Both the position numbers and the translations under genes were made by a program. The notes beneath the pieces are model-generated. The model was given only the letters and a program-made list of their open reading frames with translations. It made no database searches and was not told where the DNA came from. DNA of 64,000 bases from Auanema rhodensis (Eukaryota > Animalia > Nematoda), in NCBI GenBank assembly GCA_964057225.1, contig OZ059894.1, positions 14,446,001 to 14,510,000 of the forward strand, read 5' to 3'. This document shows, piece after piece, positions 1 through 14,500 of this stretch (position 1 is its first letter; each line of letters opens with the position of its first letter).

Positions 1-1018
1 GACCTTTAGGTATTATATGACGAACATGAACTTTGTTGATGCTAGTTTATCCAGGCTTGAAGTACTCTGATTTCAACGATTTCTATGCAATGATGAATTT
101 GGAAAGCAAACTTACTCATGAAGAACATTTCATAAGCGAATTCATTCCTGCTCTTAGTTCTTCTCTTCATGTAAGAACTATCAAACTGTAAGGTTTAGTA
201 ATTTTTTCTTGTTCAAGAACGAACTTAAATTAGGAAACAAGAAGGTTCTTGACGTAGGTTGTGGAACTGGTCTCCATTCAATCTTATTAGGTAGGTATTC
301 TTTATTATTGATGTAGTTGATATCCCTGATATAGCTCAATCTTATCCGTTGTCTAATTTCACTGGAATTGATGTCACTTCGGAAGCTATTATTCGAGCCA
401 ATCAGAAAAGGTTTCAATTGTTGCTATCAGTAAATATGTTTACGTTTTAGTAAGGAAGGAGGTTTGAAGTTAGACAATCTCTCTTTCATTAATATGGATG
501 GTGGTGTAATGAATGCTGATTGGACAGAACAGTTTGATGTCGTAATAATAGTTGATGCATGTCATGATCAAATGCGTCCTGACAAAGTAATTAAATTTTT
601 AGATTTCTGCACACATGAATGTTTCAGACGTTGAAAGAAATTCATCGTGTATTGAAGCCAGGTGGAGTGTTTGGCATGTTGGAAATCATAGGAACAAGTA
701 ATATTTATGAAGACAAGGTAGAATTATAGTTTTCTATTCTTGTTGAATTTGCTTTCAGCAAAAATACGGCGAGCTTGCTACAACTCTCTACTGCTCCTCT
801 ATGTACCATTGCTTACCTGTTGGCAGCAACTGTGAAGGTAGATGGTCTAACACAAAACATTACAAAACTATTTTCTTACAGGTGCCTTAGGACTAGGTGC
901 CATGTGGGGAAGTAGAAGAGCTGTTGAACTACTCAATAACTGTGGATTCTCTAATGTCAAAGTCGTTCAGACTCCCCATTTCGCAATTAATCAACTCTAT
1001 GTATGTCGGAAGGCATAA
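1..1018 (+). CDS. SAM-dependent methyltransferase, Rv2258c-like family (5' end outside the window, multi-exon)
   Basis: Spliced translation gives motif I KVLDVGCGTG, then DACHDQMRPDK, LKEIHRVLKPGG and YCSSMYHCLPVGSNCEGALGLGAMWG; TAA at 1016-1018; AATAAA downstream. Confidence 0.85.
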
Positions 1019-1372
1019 TGTGGGAAAATATTTTTCGAAAATAAATTTTTAAAAGTATTTCTTCACTATTCACAATAAAATTCCAACGATAAGTTGTAGG
1101 TCATAAGGCCACGTGAATAACAATTCATTTAAAATTTAAAAATGGAAGCGAACGGTTGTTTTTTTATGGGGACTGTTTTTTTTCAGTCTATCTATCTTTA
1201 AAATTAGCCAATTACAACAAGTAAATTTAACTAATTAATAATGAATTGGATCTGACTAATTTTAATTTTATCATGGAAGCTGATAAGGTATTGATTTAAT
1301 TTATTATACCACTGAAATGCTCGGCTTTTAACCATTTGTGTGTCTAATTATTAATACTTATATAATTTAGTT

Positions 1373-1848
1373 ATGAATAAATCAGTTATTCTATTTGCAT
1401 TAATTGGAGTCTGCTTCGTATTAGCAGACAATGATGGAATTACTTGTCAATTTTGTAAAATACAACTAGCTTCCATGACTGAGACAATTCAAGCAAATCC
1501 TGATATTATGGTAACTCATTATATTTAATTATGATTCCCGTGTGAACAATTATTAGCTTATCTAAATATATTTAATTCTGATTAACTGTGATAAACCAAA
1601 CATTATTCTCCTTTTAGAGCCAAATGGGAGATTCATCTTCTCAGGGTTGTGATCAAATTCCTAATAAAGATCTTAGACGGCTGTGCAGAGAAACCTTAGA
1701 TGATAATTTCCCGCTTTTCTTGCAGGTATATTGCTAATATGATAACACACAATATTTATTCACTTAATTTTCGTTTCAGAACTTCTTGCAAGAGCCTGAC
1801 ACATCAGCTGAAGACTTTTGCCAGCAGATGGGCTATTGTTTTCACTGA
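1373..1848 (+). CDS. Secreted saposin-like protein (caenopore/SPP type), 3 exons
   Basis: MNKSVILFALIGVCFVLA signal peptide; CQFC...C...C...FCQQMGYC six-cysteine saposin B pattern; TTTAG just before the ATG. Confidence 0.9.
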
Positions 1849-4800
1849 GCTGTAAATTAATTGAAAGATATGCAGTGTAGAGAGAATAACTTTAACTTTT
1901 TAAATATAAAAACTTTGGTTTTAGTATATTATATTTAAGCCCAGGTGGTATAACAAAGATCTTTATAAAATATTTAGGTCACAAGTTATATGAATATTTC
2001 CATGTCTTTTCAATTATTCACAATACGAATATAAATAAGTATAATATTTTTTCAGCTTTTTCTGAAATTAACTTCAAATTTTTGTTGTAAGAAACATTTG
2101 CTTGGTAGACAATTCACAATTTTCAATCATATAATTTTGTAAAAGAATTATTTTTCCATGACAACACAGATTACCATGAGAATATAAAATTTGAGGTGAT
2201 CTGTAAATAATTAATTCTAATCAATCGAAATTTTTTAAAATACTCCCACTCTTATTGCCCTCCCCAAACTTGCTTACTTTCATTTGATTTGATGGTGGTC
2301 CCCAATAAACTGAGAATTTCTGATTGAAAAAAAAAGTGGGAAATCACCAGTAATTTGTTATCGCCAAAGCGATCAGAAATTGCGACTGTGAAAAAGCAAG
2401 AAAAAGAAAAATTTATCAGAATTTGTTAGATAAACGATAAAGGGAATATCATGCCTAATGCTTTCGTGATTGACAATCATTGAAATTAAACTCCGTTTTC
2501 GCTCTTTGACACCAAGGAATTATTGGTAAAGTTATCATTTGACTATTTTATGGCTGCAAAAAGTTTGCTTGGCAAGCCTCCTTATCGTCTAGCGTGAAAT
2601 TAAAAAAAAAGTTTTCACTAACTGATAAGACAAGATTGAAAAAAAGAATAGAAAGTTTTTGAGTCAAGCATCAACAAAATAGATTACGAAAAGTTTTCGC
2701 CCAGCAGACGTAATAGAACCAACCTAATTTTCAGTCTCAGCAGCAAAACTTCGCTTTGTTGCAACATTAATAATTTATTGCAAATTTTCAACCCACGAAA
2801 TTGCGGTTATTATGAGATTCATAATGTCGACAAATAGGTCCACAACACCGCCCGCTTCCTTCCCCCTTTACAGCCTTTTCATAGATGTTTCTCCAAGTGA
2901 AAACCAAGTTACAAATCAAGTGTGAAAAGAGGAAATATAGCACCCAATACGATTGACTTTCGGGAGCCCGGAATCAGATAATGCAAACGACGAATTCAAC
3001 AGTAGGTTGTCTCCTATTTCCATATTCCGTTTATAAACATCGGCGAAGCAGCGAAAGCATTAACGGCTCAGCCAGCAACAGCTAGCCCCATGATTGCCTT
3101 CACCGTTGCTAGCAGCATCATCAACATAAAGGTGATCGAGGCAATGAATACTGCAAGCAAGCAGCATGAACCAAACAGATAATGATGTCGTAGTTAGTGG
3201 TTGAATGAAATGTGCCACTCATAATATATGAAAATGTTCTCTGATAGATGAGGTATGAGCAACACCGGGAAAAATTGAAGTTATTCAGTGTACAAACTGA
3301 TATCCGTCAGCCATAGAAGAAAGACTTATAACAATTAACTTCCAATGTTGTCATGTTGTATGTGGTTAATGCTGAAAATAGCTGTAACCAGTTATAATAA
3401 GCCCTTTTAGAGCAGAGAACATTCAAAAAATAATGAGAGGAGAGAGATACAGAAATAAATAAAGAGAAAGTTAGAGACATATAGAAGTAGACCCCTATAA
3501 ACAAAGAGAGTATTAAAGAACGAAGACGGTGATGATAGAAGACGTAGAGTCGGAATGTTGTTATCAGCCAAGAAGAACATTTACGAAAAGAGAGGCTAAA
3601 GAAATGAAAAAAAAACGTTGGAAAGAAAACAGCTGAAAGTCCAAATGGTCGATGATACATAGAGGGATTTAGAGAGAGGGGGTGAGATGAAGGATTTTCT
3701 CTGTTTTTTTATGCTACTATGCCTTGTTTTCCGCCTTTTTGGTTATATTACTCAAAATACGCAACACCCCTCATGCTTTTTTTAATTGCCGACCTCGTAC
3801 ATTTCTCTCTCTCTCGGCACCACAACTTTCTTTACCTGTATGAGGCCTTAGTCAGCAAGAACAGCAAAAATGCCAGTTTTCTCGCAAAAATGTCTGTTCT
3901 TCTTTCCGTTTCCCCCATCGTTTCCTTGCCGATAGCCTTGAAAACGACAAGTATACTATGGGCAAAACGATATTTCCACTAATTGATGCCAGAAGACCTC
4001 GTCATCTATTTCGATGACAATGTCAACGTGCTGAGCTAGCTGAGGGTTATGTGTATATGTGTATGTGCGCAGCGCATGACAGCAATTTTTAAAAGAGAAG
4101 AGCACGTGACGGCGAGTAGATTGACGAAGCATCTAGAGCCTTCTACAACATTTCAATGACACGTGATCAGTTAAAATATTATGGACAACACACGATATAA
4201 ACAGCAAAATTCGAACAGGGAATACGTTGTGTTACATCATATGCAAATCAGCTTATTTCATTCCATCAGAATTAAATCCGTTGTTATTTTCCCACTGCAT
4301 TTATTTCTTACACAGGATGTTATTTTTTATTCTCCTTCCGCTTACTTCAAATCATTTTTTTAGTCCAAATTTGTCCTTTAGTTTATCAAGTTATCAAATC
4401 ATGAAGAATAGGCTAGGATGGCGACAATTGCTTCTAAACCTTGATGCAGACAGGAGCAACATGTAATTATCATTAATATTTCTTTTATTTTTTGAAAGAG
4501 AAAAATAGCAAACAGAAACAGCGAGATTTTTCAGCTATCCTTCATCATCATTGTTATGTCGGCACAGTGATCTTCCTGTTAAAACTTTTCTAACAGATGC
4601 TCTCTAACTGGACGCCACATTAGATATCTGGCGTTTAATGATTGGATTTGAAATCTGATTTGGAACTACGCACAGCAAACAATTGTATAATCTAATCCAC
4701 CTCTCTCCCTAGGATATATTTGAACAATCGGCATATAGCTACACACACAATTCCATATATGTATATGTATATATTGTCAGTGTATATATGCATGTGTCGG

Positions 4801-7742
4801 TGTGGATCTAGACAACTCCTTTTTTTGTTTCTTTCAGTTGACAACACCGCCAACGACGGCGACATGTCCATGAGAAGCAGGCAGGCAGCCTGCATGTGGT
4901 TCTTAACCAGCAACGTTGGGCAAATGTCGAAAACCGATTGTCCGGAAACGAAAGTAGCTAAGTGGCACATTCTTTGCTCTACACACCATAAGTATGCAAT
5001 TTTACTATACCCACATAATTCTCTCGCTTATAATAACCACAACTAAAGTATTGTAATTTCAGGAGAGAAAGAGAGAAAGCACGCGCCGAATCAATAGTGT
5101 TGCTTTCTGATTTTTAGATTTTAGTAGTATACGTCGGAAAATTTGATCAAAAATAAGAGGAAATTTAGACGTCGCTTCGTGCGATGTCCCTCTCTCGAAA
5201 ATCGCCATGCGTTAATACCCTGAGCTCATAACGACTAAACTGATGCTCAAGACGACAACGATATTGGTAGAGGAACAAAGACAATACGAAGAAGACTGGG
5301 GTCGTAGTTGAGCTTCTTCTCGCTCGAGTCCTCTCTTTCTTTCCATCTCTATCTATCTCTTTCTGTCTCTCTTTGCTTAGGATCCTATCTCTCTCTTTCA
5401 CATCTTGTGAACGAAGAAAAGAAAAAGTATACATAGAATGATAAACTAAGAGAGGGGGGAGAGAAAAAGAGGATGAAACAGTACACATGCGAAAGAGGGG
5501 AGAAGGGGACGGAAGCGGCGGCCTTCTCTGTGGCGACTGACGACGATGATGATGATGAGGCCTCAGTCAGGCACATAGACACAATGCTTTCTCTAGTTGT
5601 CGTTGTGAGAGATGCAGACGATCGGCAATATGTGTGACTGGCCGTCTGTGTATATGCGAAGGGGACGCAGGGCGCAAGGCATAAAGAGGATGCAGACAAG
5701 CATAGATACCGTAGAGTGTGCGAGCTGGAGAGAACGCAGACCACGCGTTGTGTGTAGAGAAGGCTGAGAGAAGAAGGATCTGTTTACGAAGCTTTGTGAC
5801 GTGGTATCGACAGTATGAGAGAGTGTGTGCGGATGGAGGGTACAGACATGTGTGTGGGAGGGGCCCAGATACGTTCCCCACTCCATTCCTCCTAGTCCAC
5901 GACGACAACTAGACCAACGTTGTGTTCTTTCACACAATTTTCTCTTATTTTAACCTTAATGTTCAATATTAAAGTTATATTTCTAAATAGTTTAGTTTGT
6001 AGTAAAAATCCTGGTATCAAAATATATTTTTCATTCCGGTGATTTTTATTTTGAACGGTATAAAAATGAATTCGGCACATACACACATAAAATTTTGTCT
6101 CGATTTTCATTTTATTTTTATTACTGATTTTCAATTGAGCGGTTGTTCGTAAGCCTTCTGTACGGTAACGATATTTCTAATTTTGATTTTGCTTTCAAAA
6201 GCTTATGAAAATATGATTTGCTTTCTGCAATATTTGCTAAATTTAAAATCTAGACAAACCAAATATGTCATTCATCTGTTATATTTATATGGATAAATGA
6301 TGTTAGATTTTAAGTAACAATTATGCTTTCATCTAATTTTTATAACGATACGGTGTTGTGTATTATCTATCTTCGATATATACATATACAGAAAACATAA
6401 ACATACGATATAAATCAATATCGATTATTCTTGCATTCAGTTCATTCTATACCATGTCGACTTAATTGGATCCTCTTTCCACTAATTCCTGCCTACTGGT
6501 ATAACTATTTTCTATGGTGCTTTATAATTTTTTTTATTGACCCATTGACTGAAATAGGATACTTTTGTGACGGTAAAGTCCTACTTGCCTAAGTTGAAAC
6601 AGGTTTTTGCAAGCTAGTAACCGTTTTGCTTCCTCCTCTGAATTTCATAACTAACTTTACCAATTTTTGAAAATATTGTAAAATATAAGGAATTTTTATT
6701 TAATGTCTGTTCTAGCTATTGTGCTGGTTATAAGTTTTCTTCCCTTATTATTTTCACAGTTCTCACTATTTTTTTCGATATAATTCTCTCGTCGTTTTCA
6801 TAGCACAATATATACGTCAATAGATTTTCTGAAATAGTTATTAAGCTCTTTAATTATATGTGCTCGAAGGTTTACCAAGAGCCAATGTTGTTTTTGAAAA
6901 TTGAGCCAGCGAGACAGGTTGGCCTAAATTCACTGCGAGGCCATCTTCTCTCAATCAATTCACCTCCATCTTTTAGAGGTCAACAGCTGAGTGCCCATCT
7001 AATTATGGCACAGTCGTGACGTAATTTTTATGTATCTTCTATAAGATGTAATACATGATTCTGGTAAACATAAATGAAAGGATATGACGAAAACTGTATA
7101 GACTTCATGTTTCACTTTATTTCATTGGAACTGTCTCTTTTATAAAAATCCACCAGATTGACCATGAGGAGTTTAACCGCCTCGTTTATGCTACATTGGG
7201 TCGTTTCTTTTTATAGTCGCACGTGTCTTTTTATTTGACATTTTCTCGGGAATTTCGACTTTGCTTATCAAGGTTTCAATAGATCTTGTTCTCTATCATT
7301 AGTTTCTTGTTACGGCAAACTGATTGCGCACTAATTAGTATCTCAATTGAACTGATTTTTCATTACCTCGGATTTACAAGAGAATTGTTGAAGCTAGCAG
7401 AATTAGCTTTATTTCAACATAGTCTGAATATCAGTTTGATCTGTGTCTCTCTTGAAGCTAGGGACGATGCAAGCCTAGATTGAAATCAATCTCCATTTCA
7501 ACTATTATTTTAACCGGACAGTCGAACGATCACCAATAATCATCAGAGACCAATAGAAAAACGATGAGAGAAGTTTGACAGCCAGAAATACCATATCGCC
7601 TCGGAGGGTATCGAAGTGAAAAATCGTTTTCAATTAGAGATACCAGCGATTATGGAGTGCTTCAGACAGTTAGGGAGAGCTGAGAGACAGAGGGGCGGTC
7701 CGGAATGAGGCGCAGAAGAGCGGAGGACAGAGGCCTAGCTGT

Positions 7743-7786
7743 CTGGTTGGTTGGTCGGTCGGTCGGTCGGTCGGTCGGTTGGTTGG
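7743..7786. repeat. (GGTY)n tetranucleotide microsatellite
   Basis: ggttggttggtcggtcggtcggtcggtcggtcggttggttgg. Confidence 0.9.
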
Positions 7787-8442
7787 AATGATGGCTGAGA
7801 CACAGCGAAAAGTTGAGAGAGAGAAAAAGAAGGAAAGGAACAAAATAAGAGAGTTGGCCAGAGGCTGTCGACACCCAGTTGTGCTTCCAGTCTTCTTTTC
7901 TCTCCCTCTCTCTTTTCATTCCATCTTTTCAATGGCTTGCGATGATGATGCGATTCAGTCCTATTCTTAGCCAACTGGTCCAGCCATTGTCTTTCTCTAT
8001 GTCTTTAGTTCTCTGCATCTCCTTCATTCTTTAGCTCCTGCTGCTTTCATCGTTAGAGCTGAATGGACCGTTCTCGCCGACCTGGTCCTCTTTTAGATTC
8101 TTGCCCTCCTTTGTTCACTTACACTGAGTCCCTAAAAATGAAGGTGTTAGACTCTCTTTTGTAGTAAAATACATTCATTTTTTATCTTTTTTTCAGTCGT
8201 ATTGTTGTTTTATGGATCATATTTGATCATAACTAGTCATTTTGTATTTTCGGTGTAACGCGAACTCACGGATCTTTAAAAAAATTTTATATTCTAGCTT
8301 TTCTATATTATTCATATATGTAATTGTGTTCTTTTGCTAAACCCATAAGACCAATCATCTGTAACTTACTGATTCATCTTTGTTCTGCTATACTATGACT
8401 CATTATTCATCTTTCAGAGTATTTAACCATTCCGGGTCCAAA

Positions 8443-11400
8443 ATGGTGTTATATATTCCTTGTATCTCATCTTCCACATCGTCCATCTCATCTTCAACCT
8501 CACTCTCAACATCATCATGTTCATCTCCAGTCTACGAGTCGACTACGTGTTATTCTCAACCAATTCCACTCAGGTTCGTGTTTTCATAAATCTGCACATA
8601 GTTTTTTGACCCGCTTCTTCATAAGTTGACTCGTAACTAGTTTCAAAAATAATTTGAACAACGTTTGTGTTGAATTATTCGTTCCTCTTTCTGTAGCAAA
8701 AATACTGAGACTCATGATAGCGTCAGCAGAGAATTTTTCTGCTGCAGAAACGACAACATGTTTGCTGTCTATGGCACACTGTAGTAGTAAATTGTTCGAA
8801 GGAAATGAGAGAACGAGGGAATAAAAGCGAATCGAAGTGGAAATTTGACTTTCTGAAGAAAAGTCACACCTCTATCCTTAGATATGTCTCAGTCTTCTTC
8901 GTCGTCTTTTCATCGCCTCATATCTTGCTTTATTACTGATCACCAAAGTGTTTTCTATGGGAAATAACCTCCTTGCCCTTTTTAATCTTTTGGAATGATA
9001 GCTAACAACTTCGAGGTTTTAAAAGATTATATAGTGGGAACAATACTGCTAAGATTAAAGGATTTTTTGATGGCAAAAGATTAGATTATCTTTAAGACTT
9101 GAATTTAAGTTAGTGTTTGAAATGCCACGCATAAAAATGTCACTTTTGAAAGTTAGTGATTTTTAGTCATATCATGTGTTAACATCTTTAAACATGGGCG
9201 ATGAAAGAGAAATAAACGAGGGAAATAGGGAGTGATAGAGATAGAGAGAGAGGCAACTCTCTTTCTATTTTCCTGTACACATTGGAATAGACGACGTTGG
9301 CCTGAAAAACATGTTTATTCCATTATGTAGGGTGTCTGCTGCCTTGGCTGCTTGACAGACGAGCAGAGGAATAGACATCAACTCAGGGATAGCTAAGACT
9401 ATTCTTCTGATTATCACGTGCAGTATGCTTACGTGAATGTTCCAGAAGCTTTGTTCTTTGCTTTCGCGTTATGGGGGGCAATTGAGACTCGAGAGGCGCT
9501 ACTGAAGTAGTTATTTGCCGAGCCAGCAATGCATTTTTAATCCACTCATGTTTGATCATTTTCAATATACCAAAAATAATTTTTTTATCTAATTACTTTA
9601 GGTCTCACGCCACTTGTGACGATTCTCTGTCATCCTCTACGCTGTCTTCTTCAGTCGAATCTCTTAGCTCTTTGAAGTCAACGTAAGCTACTCTTAAGAG
9701 AGTAAGGAAACTTATCCATACACCCTTATAGCTGCTCTTCCCGCTGGTCAGCTGAAAGAGAAGCAGAGCGAGCTGAAAAGAGACGTCTTTTGAATGGCAG
9801 TTTGTCCAAGTTGCGTAGCAATAGTAATTTGCCGTTGCGTAAGCATCTCCTCGTCTTTAATTCCATCAAATACCTCCAGGTTTGTGAAATTTCCATATAT
9901 AATCAGTCTTGTCTCATTGAGCATGTTATTAACATGCTCGATGAGAATCGCCAACCAATTTGGTGCATTTGTGAATGTGGCAGTCGAAAACCGGTCCAAT
10001 AATTGGACTTGAAATATTTACTTGGTAGTCATAACCACATTAATAACAGTGTTCACTGGAATATGAAATAGTAATATGTTTTTGAAAAAATCCTATTTGT
10101 AATATTCTTTTCTGTCGACTTAATGCAGGTAGCCAGAGAACTGTCCGAACTCGGGTTTTCTTAGTTGCTTTAATTGAACACGTTATGTACATATCGTAGT
10201 TTTTTAAAAATTATTTGTATTTAAATCATTCATGTATTTTCAGCGCGAACTTGATCTGCTTGATGATGAAGAGCTCTATTGCTCGCTGATGTCATCTTCT
10301 GATGAAGCAATGGAGGTGGATGAGCGGCGCTGGCTGGCGCCCACGGCCCAGCAGGCGCCCCAGACAGTTGCCGAGGAGCCCGCACCTCCCGCCGTAGAGG
10401 AGCGCGAGGCGCCAGCCGTCGTCTGTTCCAGTAGCTCTTCCAACGATATCAATGAAGACATGGACATGGAAATTATCATGAATCATACCGATAAAAAGAC
10501 CTCAGGAACTGGTGGTAAGCGTGATGAACCATCGAACTCTAGCTACTGGGGCTGGACGACGACTTCGACTACAACACCTGCAAGCAAGCAACATCAGCAG
10601 TCGAGCGGATTCTTCGATTCCATCGAGGTATGTTGGATTATGGTATAGGAAGTTAAGTGGTTTGGAAGAGTATTAAGTGAAGATCGTAAACTTGCGCCCA
10701 AATACAACCATGTGCTGTAGAGAGTTTTTCTCGGCTTAGTTTAGTTTGTTCAGCATCGCCGTTTTCTATTTCCTTTCTTTGTGAGCGCCTGTAAAGCGTC
10801 CTCGTTTTGTGTATATTTGAAAAAGACGAAGAGGAATTGTTCGCTGGGGAAAAGAAAAAAGGCGCATAAAGAGAGATTGAAATAGTTTTTATCTGTAGAA
10901 ACGACTGTTAGCAACTGTAGCATTCTTAATTTAGTCTGAAAGATCATTTCATAGATTTTTGCGTTTTTCTTTTTTCTCTCCGCGCTTTTCTGATCAACCC
11001 GAGATTGACATTGACTGCTGGTGGAGTCACGAGACTTCCCAATGGCATTGCGTCGTCTTCCTTCTCATCGCCGATGCCGCTCTCTGGTGTCATGTGACCT
11101 CGGCCCAATTTTACGGAGCTAGAGTCTCTCATTTTCGCTCGTATTCGATCATAGCGATTTTCACTATGCTCACAACTTCAGAACAAAATGGGAAATTATT
11201 ATTTGAAGGGGTTTACTCTTTCATACAAACTATTTACTTATTTTTAGGAAGCTCTCAACGTTACGAGTGCCTGGAGTTGGACCTCTTCTTCATCTGATTG
11301 GCCTGCTCTCAACACCTCAACAGGCTTTGACAACTTTGGTCGTTCTGGCTTTTCTACTAATGCTTCTTCCTTCTCTGGAAGTGGCCTCGGACGATCAAAC

Positions 11401-11517
11401 AATTTTGATGAGGACACCTGGACTCCATTAAGCGACTTTTCCGATCCGTTTGCTAGCTGTCTTAGTCGTTTCGAGCTTCAGCATCTGTTCCCATCGCAGC
11501 TGCTGCTTCAAGCATGA
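8443..11517 (+). CDS. SERTA-domain transcriptional co-regulator (taranis/SERTAD-like), 5 exons
   Basis: Exons ~8443-8573, 9602-9682, 9732-9879, 10244-10627 and 11248-11517 join in frame; EKRRLLNGSLSKLRSNSNLPLRKHLLVFNSIKYLQREL resembles the SERTA consensus; Ser-rich N-terminus and acidic C-terminus. Confidence 0.75.
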
Positions 11518-14500
11518 AGCCGGGACTACTTTCAGCGAAGCCAGCTTTGTTATTTCTTTTTTTTTGTCATCTTCCAAATGTTTGTGATTGACCGAATTGT
11601 TCTACTCTCAAGACAGTTCGGAAGTTCACAAGCTCCTCTTAGCCGGTTTTCGCCTTCAGGGTCCTTCTCAGCTCTCTTTTATCTAATCTAGTTTCTCTTA
11701 GATGTGGTAGGACCTACGTCAGCTGCGTTTCTGTGTATAGTTTTATGCCCTTTTTTGCATACAAATTACTTGTTTCTGTTCTCGGTCATCCCAGTACGAC
11801 TCCGTTCTCCCCGGGTGTACAGCTGTCTCATGTATGTAATTTCCATATAGTCATATATATGGATTTAAATTCAGATATATGTATATATATATACACACAA
11901 ACATATATATATCTATATATTTCTATTGGCACATCTTACCATGTATAGTCAGCGCCTTTTGTGATAGTTTTCTCTTTTATTCTCACCTTTCCATTTCGAC
12001 TGTAAGTCGTTTTTTAATATTTTTGTGTGCTTAGTCATCTACCTCTCATCTCTATCTTTCAAGATCTTTAGTAGTTTATAGAGATAGTTGGTGAGTACAT
12101 AGAATTATGTCCGTGATGAATACGATGATCGACTGTGATGTTGCTCTCCAGATGATCGGTGCCTGTTTTGATGGCACTGTTTTCTAGAGAGGGACGCATA
12201 GCTGGGATGAATCGTTAGTTCATCAAGGTTCAGCTCCTGTAATATAGTCATTGTATCTATATTTATGCCAAATTAGTCTATTTGCCTGTTGCCTCTCGAG
12301 CACAAGCTTTTTTTGTGATGCAACTCGTCTCCTCTCTTGTTTTTCGGGTGTTCTCGAGTCGCAATCCTCATTCTGATGCGTGTCTATCTATCTCCTTCTC
12401 AGCTTCCTTATTTTATGGTCTTATAAGGGTACTCTACTTGACTGAACAAAAAGCCTTAATATTTCCTTTCCCTCACACAAGTTCAAACTACCTGGTCCAG
12501 TTATCCGTGTGCTATCTCTCCTTAACTATACGGGCTGTATCTCCCTTTTTCTCATTCTGACTCTGGTTATATTTTCTCTTTTGTTCTTTAACTAAGCATG
12601 CTGTTTGTGTTTTCTTGTTGATCGTTCATCTCAAACCATCCAAAATACCAACTCACTCCGTTCGGGTTCGTCTTGTCCTCTTCCTTCAACCAAATCCGCA
12701 TTTTTAAATTTTTATTGTTGAAATGTGTCTTAATATATTATTATTTTAATATTATTATTCCATCACTTCGGTAGCTTTACCTTTTCATCTCTTTTCACTC
12801 TGGATTTGGCTCTTGTTCATTTCTTGCCACCCGATTTTTCTTGAACCTTCACGCATATCATGTGAAGATATTCGTGGAATCTTTGAAGCTCAACTGGCAT
12901 TTTTTAGAGCATTTTTTGTAAAAGTCTGTTAGACATTTCTCCCATGAGCTCTAAAATATGTCATTTGATATCAGATCTGTTTCAATCATCCATCTCCCTA
13001 CGATGAGAGTTCTTTGCATTTAACATTCTGATAAAACAAACGTGACTTTTTTTGAAAAAAAAACGGGTGACAGTTACACAAGTGTCCTGGATTTTCTCTC
13101 AGTTTGAATTCTCAAATTTTTAAGTTGTATATTTTCTCGAACAAGATGTCATCCGGCGCGGGTGTATGTTATGATGGTCATACTGTTTTTTGTATGAGAA
13201 ACAGTATTATCCAGTCAAACAAACAGCAGCAGCCGTTCTCGTCAAGTTGGTGTGCCCCAGCTGAATAGCCTATTAGATGGATCTTCCGCTTTTTAAGTAA
13301 TAAAGTCGTTTCTGACTAGGAGCTATTCAGATGGAAGGACGCCTTCAGCTCTGAACTTCGATCGTAATAATATGATTGTGTAAGACAACATTCTCACAGT
13401 ATTCCATCTAATTTGTGTTCTTATTATCGAAGTTCAGAATCTTCTCGCAGGTGCGATAGAAATTCTCCAAAAATTGCAGAGGAACCGCGGGTTGTCATAT
13501 CAAAGACAGATCTAGTTTGTCGGTTAGGGGCTCTATGGTCCAGCAATTCAGCAAAAATAGAAGTTTTGACAACCTGTGAGCTTCCAGCAGTTTATCCCAT
13601 TTTCTCACGATCACATACTTCTCGTCGTAATATTTTTAGCATAGTCATACAGAAGATGTATATATTTATACTGTATAAGATGTGTGCATTTGGTTTTCCT
13701 TCTCTTTTTGGCAAATATCTCTTTTTTTATATTTTCCATACTCTCAACTCTAGTATATTCTTTAGAGCCTTTTTCTACTGCAGGCACAAATACATATTAT
13801 TTGTTTGTTTTCTGTTGTATAAGCGTGTACAAAGGGTTTTATCTATCCATTATCTCAATTTATTCTATCCCTGTTCTTCTCCCCCTGTTCACCATCTCGC
13901 TGTAAACATTCAATCACCTCAGTTCGCCGAATACATGTGCTTTTTTTCCATGCAAAGCTTGTAGTCATTAATATCCGACATATATTATATATATAAATAT
14001 ATAAAGATATTCTATTGGCTGAAAATAAATGTTATTTTTATGATTGTGTTTTTCGTTACTGAACTTTGCATTTACTTAGAAAATTCTAGTGGCATTTGCT
14101 TTATTGACACTGAAATATATAGATAGATTGTATTAAGTTTGGATTCTTAAACAAGGAAAATAAGTGAAAGGACCTCTAAACAAGAGCAGAATACGAATAG
14201 CCATAGAACATGCCTATTATATAACATTGTCCTTAGAAAGATGTTTTCAATCGGGAAAATTGAAGATAAAAATAAAGATCATATGAAATGAAACATGAGC
14301 TATTGCATGGTATGCAATTAAAAACAATCTAATTCTATCAATTCTAATGAGCCTCTGTTGTGGTTGATTTCATTTCGCGAATCGATCACGTAAAGTGTGG
14401 TTGTGTTCATTCAGATGCTTTGAAAGACAGTACGACCGGTTGTTTTTTAATGGTAAAAAGGGAGAGTGAAATCAAATTGGTTTTTCAGATATAGATCATA

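Noticed and set aside
3307-7974. Numerous 60-120 aa ORFs
   Set aside because: Translations of GA/CT/GT low-complexity tracts on both strands, with no domain or consistent exon structure.
13413-13964. 183-aa ORF
   Set aside because: Non-ATG start, T-rich UTR-like composition, no motif.
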